Below are positions 57,398 through 64,000 of a stretch of 64,000 nucleotides of DNA, piece after piece. Position numbers and translations under genes: made by a program. The first letter of the stretch is position 1. Each line of letters begins with the position of its first letter. Under the pieces are notes generated by a model that did not search any database, had not been told where the DNA came from, and saw only the letters and a list, made by a program, of their open reading frames with translations. Origin of the DNA: Bacilli bacterium (lineage in GTDB: Bacteria > Bacillota_I > Bacilli_A > RF39 > UBA660); NCBI GenBank assembly GCA_017433415.1, contig JAFRHI010000005.1, positions 6,516 to 70,515 on the forward strand. The letters run 5' to 3'.

Positions 57398-57431
57398 ATA
57401 AAAAAAAGAATAAAATATATAAGGTGATTAA

Positions 57432-57965
57432 ATGTCGCACATACTTATATATTTTTTTATTGCAATAGGATTAAGTATGGATGCTTTTTCTGTAGCTTTG
57501 TCGATTGGTACAATTAATCCATCAAAAAAAGATACTATAAAAACAGGATTAAGTGTAGGATTATTTCATTTTATAATGCCAACATTAGGTAGTATACTTG
57601 GAAAAATACTAAAAAGAAAAATAAATATAGGTACAAATTACATAATATCAATAATTTTTCTTGTTTTAGCTATAGAAATGTATTTTAATAAAGAAGAAAA
57701 AACAAAGATTGATATTCTAAATACAATAACCATTTTATTAATTAGTTTTTCCGTAAGTATTGATAGCTTCTCAGTTGGATTAGGAATATCACTATTAAAA
57801 AACAGTATTCTAATACCGAGTATTATTTTCTCAATAATAAGTATGACTTTCACAATTATAGGTATGTTTCTAGGTAAAAAATTAAAAAACAAATATAACA
57901 AAATTGCTACGAATATTGGAATAATAATATTAATATTATTATCTTTAAAATATTTGTTTTTCTAA
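57432..57965 (+). CDS. mntP: MntP/YtaF family (DUF204) membrane protein, putative manganese efflux pump
   Basis: 177 aa with duplicated DUF204 motifs (GLSMDAFSVALSIG, SVSIDSFSVGLGIS). Confidence 0.7.
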   Translation: MSHILIYFFIAIGLSMDAFSVALSIGTINPSKKDTIKTGLSVGLFHFIMPTLGSILGKILKRKINIGTNYIISIIFLVLAIEMYFNKEEKTKIDILNTITILLISFSVSIDSFSVGLGISLLKNSILIPSIIFSIISMTFTIIGMFLGKKLKNKYNKIATNIGIIILILLSLKYLFF

Positions 57966-58047
57966 TATTTACGACAAATTAATAGCTAATTAATTACTTT
58001 TATTGACAAAGAAAAATTAATTATCTATGATTAAGTTGGGTGATAAT

Positions 58048-58893
58048 ATGTTGGTAAATTTTAATGAAATGCTAAAAAAAGCAAAAGAAAATCATTATGC
58101 TGTACCACATCTTAATATAAATAATCTAGAATGGACAAAATATATTTTAGAAGAATGCCAAGAATTAGATGTGCCAGTAATATTAGGTGTTAGTGAAGGA
58201 GCTGCTAAATATATGGGTGGCTTTGAAGCGATTACTGGAATGGTAAGGGGTTTAATTAAAGACTTAAATATTAGTATTCCAGTATGTCTTCATGTTGACC
58301 ATGGTCAATCATTTGAAACATGTAAAAAAGCCATAGATGCAGGATTTACTTCAGTAATGATAGATGCATCAAAATTAGAATTAGATGAAAATGTAAGAAT
58401 AACTAAAGAAGTAGTTGATTATGCTCACGAAAGAGGGGTATCAGTAGAAGCCGAAGTAGGTCATATTGGCGGAACAGAAGACAATATAACAAGTTCTGCT
58501 ACAAACGCTACTGTAGAAGAATGTCTAACAATCTATAAAGAAACAGGTATTGATGCTTTGGCGCCAGCTCTAGGAAGTGTTCATGGTTTCTATAAAGGTG
58601 AACCTAACCTAGATTTTGAAAGAATGGAAATAATTAATAAGGAATTATCAATTCCATTAGTATTACATGGCGGAAGTGGTATTCCAGATGATAAAATCAA
58701 AAAAGCGATTGCATGTGGTATATCTAAAATAAATGTAAATACAGAATTACAATATGCTTGGTCAGAAGCAGTTAGAAAATTCTTACAAGAAGATAATAAA
58801 TCTTACGATCCACGTAAAGTAATTGGTAGTGGAGAACAAGCACTTAAAGATAAAGTCAGAGAAAAAGTAGTATTATTTGCTACTAAAAAATAA
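58048..58893 (+). CDS. fba: class II fructose-bisphosphate aldolase
   Basis: MLVNFNEMLKKAKENHYAVPHLNINNLEW aligns with the FbaA N-terminus. LHVDHG and LVLHGGSG are metal and phosphate motifs. The start is ATG 58048. Confidence 0.95.
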   Translation: MLVNFNEMLKKAKENHYAVPHLNINNLEWTKYILEECQELDVPVILGVSEGAAKYMGGFEAITGMVRGLIKDLNISIPVCLHVDHGQSFETCKKAIDAGFTSVMIDASKLELDENVRITKEVVDYAHERGVSVEAEVGHIGGTEDNITSSATNATVEECLTIYKETGIDALAPALGSVHGFYKGEPNLDFERMEIINKELSIPLVLHGGSGIPDDKIKKAIACGISKINVNTELQYAWSEAVRKFLQEDNKSYDPRKVIGSGEQALKDKVREKVVLFATKK

Positions 58894-58907
58894 ATCAGGA
58901 GGTAAGT

Positions 58908-60164
58908 ATGAAAATAATTGAAATAGAAGGTAATAGAAATTTAACTGGTCAAGTTCGCATTAGTGGTGCCAAGAATGCAACTGTTGCTTTGATACCAGCA
59001 GCAATCTTAACAGACGAAGAAGCCACAATTTGTAATGTGCCAGAAATTACTGATACTACAGCTTTATGTGATATTTTAGAACTATTAAAAGTAAAAGTTA
59101 ATAGATCAACAGAAAGTGTTGTAATAAATCCTCAAACAATGGAAAATGTAGAAATAGGTGAAGAATATTCCAAAAAGTTAAGAGCGTCTTATTACTTTAT
59201 GGGTGCCTTATTAGGTAAATATAAAAAGGCTGTTATGTATTTTCCAGGTGGTTGCTCAATTGGCGCTAGACCAATAGATTTACATCTAAAAGGATTTGAA
59301 GCCTTAGGCGCAACAGTAACAAATGAAGATAATAAATATATTGTCGAAGCAGAAGAATTAAAAGGAGCTAATATTTATTTGGATATTGCTTCAGTTGGTG
59401 CAACTATCAATATTATGTTAGCTGCAGTAAAAGCTAAAGGAAAAACAGTAATTGACAATGCTGCTAAAGAACCAGAAATAGTAAATGTTGCAACATTTTT
59501 AAATAATATGGGAGCAAAAATTTCTGGTGCAGGAACTTCAACAATTACAATTCAAGGAGTTGAAAAATTACATAAATGTTTTCACGAAGTAATACCAGAT
59601 AGAATAGAAGCTGGAACCTATATAATAATAGGAGCACTATGTGGAACAGATTTCAAAGTAGATAATGTTATACCAGAGCATATTGATTCTCTACTTTCAA
59701 AACTAAAAGAAATGGGAGTAAACTTAGAAATAGGAACAGATTATGTAAATGTTATTAATCGCAATGAAAAACTAAAAGCCACAAACATAAAAACAGCAGT
59801 TTATCCTGGATTTGCTACTGATCTTCAACAACCATTTACAGTTTTATTAACTCAAGCCACCGGTAAATCAAAAGTGACAGAAACAATCTGGGAAAATCGT
59901 TTTATGCACATCCCATATTTAAGAGAATTAGGTGCTAATATCGAAATAAAAAATCAAACCGCAACAATTATGGGACCAACAAAATTAAAAGGTGCAGAAG
60001 TAGTCGCAACAGACCTAAGAGCTGGAGCAGCTATGGTTGCTGCCGCACTTCTTGCTGAAGGAAAAACAACAATTACTAATGCAGAACATATTTTAAGAGG
60101 ATATGAACAATTAGTAGAAAAATTAACTGCCGTAGGTGCTAAAATAGCCATTAAAGAAATATAA
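58908..60164 (+). CDS. murA: UDP-N-acetylglucosamine 1-carboxyvinyltransferase
   Basis: 418 aa with the active-site Cys loop PGGCSIGARPIDLH. Confidence 0.95.
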   Translation: MKIIEIEGNRNLTGQVRISGAKNATVALIPAAILTDEEATICNVPEITDTTALCDILELLKVKVNRSTESVVINPQTMENVEIGEEYSKKLRASYYFMGALLGKYKKAVMYFPGGCSIGARPIDLHLKGFEALGATVTNEDNKYIVEAEELKGANIYLDIASVGATINIMLAAVKAKGKTVIDNAAKEPEIVNVATFLNNMGAKISGAGTSTITIQGVEKLHKCFHEVIPDRIEAGTYIIIGALCGTDFKVDNVIPEHIDSLLSKLKEMGVNLEIGTDYVNVINRNEKLKATNIKTAVYPGFATDLQQPFTVLLTQATGKSKVTETIWENRFMHIPYLRELGANIEIKNQTATIMGPTKLKGAEVVATDLRAGAAMVAAALLAEGKTTITNAEHILRGYEQLVEKLTAVGAKIAIKEI

Positions 60165-60197
60165 TTAAATAGTTATATTTCTTTTTTTGGAGGTTTT

Positions 60198-60893
60198 ATG
60201 ACTAAAACAATAAAATTAATTATTTTAATAATAATAAGTTGTTCAGTATATTTTATATACCAAGATACAAAAGGAAAAAATATGAATATCCTAAATATTG
60301 GTGATGGTCTAGCAGTAGGTATTAATTCCTATGGTATAAAAGAATATAGTTATATTGATTACTATAAAGATTATCTAAATAAAACAAAAAACGTAACCAT
60401 AGTAAATAACTATTCTAGAAAAGACCTATCCATTGATAAATTACTAGATACTATTAAAACAAATCCTAAATTAAGAAGAAGTTTAAACGAAGCTCATGAA
60501 CTAATTATAGTAGTTGGTTATAATGATATAAAATATAAAATGTCTTTAGAAAATAATATAACTAAAACTAAAATAGATTATATTATGGAAGATATAAATA
60601 AAAACTATGAAGAACTAATAAAAGAAATAAGAAAATACTATAAAAACAATATTTATATAATTGGCTATTATAATCATAGTATAGATAATTACTATTTAAA
60701 CTATAGTATAAGAAAACTAAATAATATTTTAAAAGAAAATCCCGAAATAATATTTATAAATACAGAAAATATTGCTAATAATCCAGATAAATATTTCTCC
60801 AATCCCAATAGTTATTATCCAAATAATTATGGTTATGAAGAAATTGCTAGGAGAATTATAAGAAAAACACTTGAAAAAAAAGAAAAACTTTGA
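60198..60893 (+). CDS. membrane-anchored SGNH/GDSL-like protein with Gly in place of the nucleophile Ser
   Basis: 231 aa with an N-terminal TM helix and block I reading LNIGDGLAVG (GDGL instead of GDSL). The fold assignment is tentative. Confidence 0.4.
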   Translation: MTKTIKLIILIIISCSVYFIYQDTKGKNMNILNIGDGLAVGINSYGIKEYSYIDYYKDYLNKTKNVTIVNNYSRKDLSIDKLLDTIKTNPKLRRSLNEAHELIIVVGYNDIKYKMSLENNITKTKIDYIMEDINKNYEELIKEIRKYYKNNIYIIGYYNHSIDNYYLNYSIRKLNNILKENPEIIFINTENIANNPDKYFSNPNSYYPNNYGYEEIARRIIRKTLEKKEKL

Positions 60894-60955
60894 TATATTA
60901 ATAACGCATTTAATTACTATGACATAAATTTTGTCATGGCGGAAGGAGAGATAGT

Positions 60956-61171
60956 ATGAAAAAAGATATACATCCAGAAATAAAAGATTGTAAAGTAACA
61001 TGTGCATGTGGAGAAACATTCACTTGTAAATCAACAAAATCAGAAATAAATGTTGAAATATGTTCTAAATGTCATCCTTTTTATACAGGAAAACAAAATA
61101 GAGCATCTCGTGCAGGACGTGTTGATAAGTTTAACAAAAAATATGGATTTACTGGAAAAGAAGCTGAATAG
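60956..61171 (+). CDS. rpmE: 50S ribosomal protein L31 (Cys-containing, zinc-ribbon type)
   Basis: 71 aa starting MKKDIHPE, with CAC...[12 protein letters not shown]. Confidence 0.95.
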   Translation: MKKDIHPEIKDCKVTCACGETFTCKSTKSEINVEICSKCHPFYTGKQNRASRAGRVDKFNKKYGFTGKEAE

Positions 61172-61220
61172 TTTCTTTTTTTATTTTCAAATGTTATAAT
61201 AAAATAAGAGGTGAATTAAT

Positions 61221-61661
61221 ATGGTAATAGGATTCGCAAGTGATCATAGAGGATATAAATTAAAAGAAGAATTAAAAGAAAAATTACAAGAAAAATATGA
61301 AATAAAAGATTATGGTACTGATTCTGATCAATCTACTGATTACCCAGATTATGCCTTTAAATTAGGAGAAGCAGTACGTGATAAGAAAGTAAATTATGGT
61401 GTCGCTATTTGTGGATCAGGAATTGGTATAAGTATTGCCTGTAACAAAGTAAAGGGTATTCGTTGTGCTAAAGTTAATAATAAAGAAGAAGCCGAAGTAA
61501 CACGAGTAGATAATGATTCTAATATAATAGCCTTTAGTGAAAAAGTACCGTTACAAGAAGCGTTAGTAATGATTGAAACATTTATAAATACTCCTTGTTC
61601 AATGGAAGAAAAACACATAAGAAGACGTAACAAAATAAAAGAATATGAGGAACGTATATGA
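61221..61661 (+). CDS. rpiB: ribose-5-phosphate isomerase B
   Basis: 146 aa of the RpiB/LacAB family (GVAICGSGIGISIACNK). It ends in a TGA that overlaps the next ATG. Confidence 0.9.
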   Translation: MVIGFASDHRGYKLKEELKEKLQEKYEIKDYGTDSDQSTDYPDYAFKLGEAVRDKKVNYGVAICGSGIGISIACNKVKGIRCAKVNNKEEAEVTRVDNDSNIIAFSEKVPLQEALVMIETFINTPCSMEEKHIRRRNKIKEYEERI

Positions 61662-61855
61662 CAGGTAAATTTTTTCTTTATATTTTAGTAACTATAATAG
61701 TAATATGGGCAATGGATTCAGTTAATATTAATCAAATATTTAAGAAAAACAAAATTCTTCAAGCTCGAGTATTTTATTTTTTACTAGGATTATCACTTAT
61801 TTATTTAGTAACAAATTTTTTCATGGATTTATTCTCTTCAGTAAAATTTTTCTAA
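61658..61855 (+). CDS. DUF1146 (YwzB-like) small membrane protein
   Basis: 65 aa. KKNKILQARVFYFLLGLSLIYLVTNFFMD resembles B. subtilis YwzB, recalled from memory as KANKVFQARLLMILLTIAIGSAVSNFFLD. Confidence 0.7.
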   Translation: MTGKFFLYILVTIIVIWAMDSVNINQIFKKNKILQARVFYFLLGLSLIYLVTNFFMDLFSSVKFF

Positions 61856-61906
61856 AAAAGAGTATAAATTCTTTTTTTTTGTAAAAACTTTTATTGAGGT
61901 GAAATA

Positions 61907-62539
61907 ATGAAAGAAAAAAGAATCAAGCTAAAAAAAATTCCGTTATTAGTAGCTATTCTGTCTTTAATTCCCATTCTAAGTTTTGCATTTATTTATAATA
62001 ATAATCTAGAAAAAGATATAACTAATCCTGATTTTGTTACAGAAGAAGTATTAGAGGAAACAACTCCTGTCATAAACGAAACAAAAAAAATAATCAATCC
62101 ATATCTAGCTCAAGATGTTACTATAGGAAAATCATATTATGATTACAATGGTCAAGAAGAAGAACAAATTAATTCAATAACAGTTCATGATAATACATAT
62201 ATGCAAAATACTGGTATTGACTATGTAAGTGAAAATGAATTTGAAGTAGTTGCAATTTTAGAAGGAACAGTAGTAGATGTAAAGGAAGATGATATATCAG
62301 GAAAAACAGTTCAAATAAAACATGATAATGGTTATGTATCAAATTATCAAAGCTTAGGAGAAGTAACAGTAAAAAAAGATGACATTATAAGCCAAGGACA
62401 AGTAATTGGTAAAAGTGGAACAAATGAGTTAGAAAAAGAATTAGGTAATCACTTACATTTTGAAATTTATGTAAATGGTCAAGCTGTAAATCCCATTGAT
62501 TACTTAGATAAGGAATTAAAAACAGAAAAGGAGAATTAA
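61907..62539 (+). CDS. membrane-anchored LytM/M23-domain protein with degenerate first metal motif (SpoIIQ-like)
   Basis: 210 aa with an N-terminal TM helix. The HxxxD motif reads NTGIDY (Asn replaces His), while HLHFEI is retained. It lies immediately upstream of mreB/mbl, as spoIIQ does in clostridia. Confidence 0.55.
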   Translation: MKEKRIKLKKIPLLVAILSLIPILSFAFIYNNNLEKDITNPDFVTEEVLEETTPVINETKKIINPYLAQDVTIGKSYYDYNGQEEEQINSITVHDNTYMQNTGIDYVSENEFEVVAILEGTVVDVKEDDISGKTVQIKHDNGYVSNYQSLGEVTVKKDDIISQGQVIGKSGTNELEKELGNHLHFEIYVNGQAVNPIDYLDKELKTEKEN

Positions 62540-62623
62540 TTCTTCTTTTTTTCTTAAAATATAAGTATATTTTTCTATGAAAAAAATAAAATTATGGTAA
62601 AATAAGAAATGGAGGAATGACAT

Positions 62624-63619
62624 ATGCTAGCACATGATATTGGAATAGATTTAGGTACAGCAAATGTATTAATATACATAAAAGGTAGAGGAATAGTTCT
62701 CAATGAGCCAAGTATAGTAGCGGTTGATACAGAAACAAAAAAAGTAATTGCAGTTGGTAAAGAGGCAAATGAAATGCTAGGAAGAACACCTGGTAAAGTT
62801 AAAGCGATAAAACCCCTAAAAGATGGAGTAATTGCTGATTTTGAATTAACAGAAATAATGCTAAATACATTTATAAAAAAGATTAAAGCTAAGAGACTTT
62901 TCTCCAGACCAAGAATTCTAATTTGTTGTCCAACCAATATTACCCAAGTTGAAAAAAACGCTATTAAAGAAGCAACAGAAAGAACAGGTGCTAGAAAAGT
63001 ATATATCGAAGAAGAACCAAAAGTTGCTGCTATAGGAGCAGGAATGGATATTTCTAAGCCAACTGCTAATATGGTTTTAGATATAGGTGGTGGAACTACT
63101 GATATTGCCATTCTCTCATTAGATGGTATTGTCTCATCAGAATCAGTAAAAATAGCCGGTAATACTCTTGATCAAGATATTATAAAATACATAAGAGAAA
63201 AATATAAATTATTAATTGGTGAAAAAACAGCCGAAGATATAAAAATAAAGTTTGCCAATATTTATAATCCAGATGAAAAAGAAATAATGGAAATTAAGGG
63301 GAGAAACCTAATTACTGGTCTTCCTCAAGCAATAGAAATAAAACAAACAGAAACCAAAGAAGCCTTAGAAGATAGCATTCATAGGATAGTGAAAGCCATA
63401 AAAGGTGTTTTAGAAATGACACCACCAGAATTATCCGCAGATATTGTGGAAAAAGGAGTTATACTAACAGGAGGTGGTTCATTATTAACAGGTCTTGTAG
63501 ATTATTTAGAAGAAGAGTTAACTATACCAGTATTAATAGCTGAAACACCACTAACATGCGTCGTAGAGGGAACAGGTATATTATTAGATAATATTAAGAA
63601 GTTAGAAGAAGAACAATAA
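62624..63619 (+). CDS. mreB: rod shape-determining actin homologue MreB/Mbl
   Basis: 331 aa with DIGIDLGTANVL, DIGGGTTD and the GGGSLL phosphate/adenosine motifs. Confidence 0.95.
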   Translation: MLAHDIGIDLGTANVLIYIKGRGIVLNEPSIVAVDTETKKVIAVGKEANEMLGRTPGKVKAIKPLKDGVIADFELTEIMLNTFIKKIKAKRLFSRPRILICCPTNITQVEKNAIKEATERTGARKVYIEEEPKVAAIGAGMDISKPTANMVLDIGGGTTDIAILSLDGIVSSESVKIAGNTLDQDIIKYIREKYKLLIGEKTAEDIKIKFANIYNPDEKEIMEIKGRNLITGLPQAIEIKQTETKEALEDSIHRIVKAIKGVLEMTPPELSADIVEKGVILTGGGSLLTGLVDYLEEELTIPVLIAETPLTCVVEGTGILLDNIKKLEEEQ

Positions 63620-63679
63620 ATGTTTTTCTTTTTATTTAAATATTTATTTGATATAATTTTTTTAGAAAGAAGTGATTTT

Positions 63680-64000
63680 ATGAAGTATCAAATCTTATCT
63701 GCCTCAAAAATAGTATTAATTACTTTTGTTTTTTCGGCACTAATTATGTTTTTAATGCGACGAGTAGCAGTTCATATTGGAGCATTAGACATTCCAAGAA
63801 GTGATGAAGAAAATCGTCATATTCATAAAAAAACGACACCTAAATTAGGAGGAGTTGGAATATTTTTAGCCTTCTTATTTGGTTATATGCTATTTGGAGA
63901 ACAAAGTATTAGAATGAACTCTATTCTTATTGGTAGTTTCATTATAGTATTAACTGGTATTGTAGATGATATAAAATCGATACGAGCAAGTCACAAAATG
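63680..64000 (+). CDS. glycosyltransferase family 4 (MraY/WecA/TagO-like undecaprenyl-phosphate sugar-phosphate transferase), N-terminal part
   Basis: Not in the ORF track because it is truncated at the right edge. My translation is MKYQILSASKIVLITFVFSALIMFLMRRVAVHIGALDIPRSDEENRHIHKKTTPKLGGVGIFLAF...GIVDDIKSI, which shows the typical WecA/TagO N-terminal motifs. Confidence 0.75.
   Translation, partial: MKYQILSASKIVLITFVFSALIMFLMRRVAVHIGALDIPRSDEENRHIHKKTTPKLGGVGIFLAFLFGYMLFGEQSIRMNSILIGSFIIVLTGIVDDIKSIRASHKM

Noticed and set aside
62575-63111. 178-aa minus-strand ORF overlapping mreB
   Set aside because: It is antisense to a canonical MreB/Mbl coding sequence, and its hydrophobic low-complexity translation has no recognisable motif.
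1-64000. Search for tRNA, rRNA, CRISPR arrays, transposases, integrases, phage genes and toxin-antitoxin or restriction-type defence systems
   Set aside because: None were recognised by eye on either strand. The window is dominated by origin-proximal housekeeping genes. A computational scan (tRNAscan, Rfam, defence-system HMMs) would be needed to be certain.

Overview
Visibly AT-rich Bacillota chromosome segment that uses genetic code 11 (TGA is a stop, e.g. rpiB) and is centred on the replication origin. A DnaA-box cluster at 22479-22610 between dnaA and rpmH, plus one perfect box in the dnaA-dnaN spacer, marks oriC, and gene orientation switches exactly there. The left arm is entirely on the minus strand: dnaA, dnaN, comK-like, recF, gyrB, gyrA, SRP RNA, tadA, dnaX, ybaB, recR, bofA-like, holB, ricT, methyltransferase, rsmI, pth, mfd, hypothetical, T-box-metG, tatD. 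The right arm is mostly on the plus strand: rpmH, rnpA, yidC, jag, mnmE, mnmG, rsmG, noc-like, soj, spo0J, mscS, DUF951, a small accessory islet, ychF, rpsF-ssb-rpsR, DHH protein, rplI, dnaB, M23 peptidase, walJ-like, rlmH, ung, pta/lemA/PBP1, argS, rpoE, prfA-prmC, spoIIR, mntP, fba, murA, rpmE, rpiB, LytM protein, mreB, tagO-like. Content is almost all housekeeping. I saw no tRNA, rRNA, CRISPR, IS element or prophage. Three elements are absent from the ORF track: rpmH (40 aa), a roughly 71-nt SRP RNA hidden under a false N-terminal extension of tadA, and a T-box leader upstream of metG. The best finding is non-coding. The gyrA-SRP RNA spacer (13345-13510) is a 68-70 bp tandem repeat in which three consensus ParB parS palindromes alternate with two consensus Noc-binding sites. 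The two ParB paralogues that should read them are encoded about 16-18 kb away, and the Noc-like one is atypical: no N-terminal amphipathic helix and a roughly 195-aa disordered insertion. Secondary observations include an orphan soluble VirD4/TraG-like ATPase in a small accessory islet, a ComK-family gene between dnaN and recF, and a truncated DHH protein in the gdpP position. Sporulation-gene homologues sit alongside a Mycoplasma-sized SRP RNA, and a small membrane ORF is split at a T5 run. Lineage is only an inference: a walled, possibly spore-forming, very low-GC Bacillota such as Erysipelotrichia-like.
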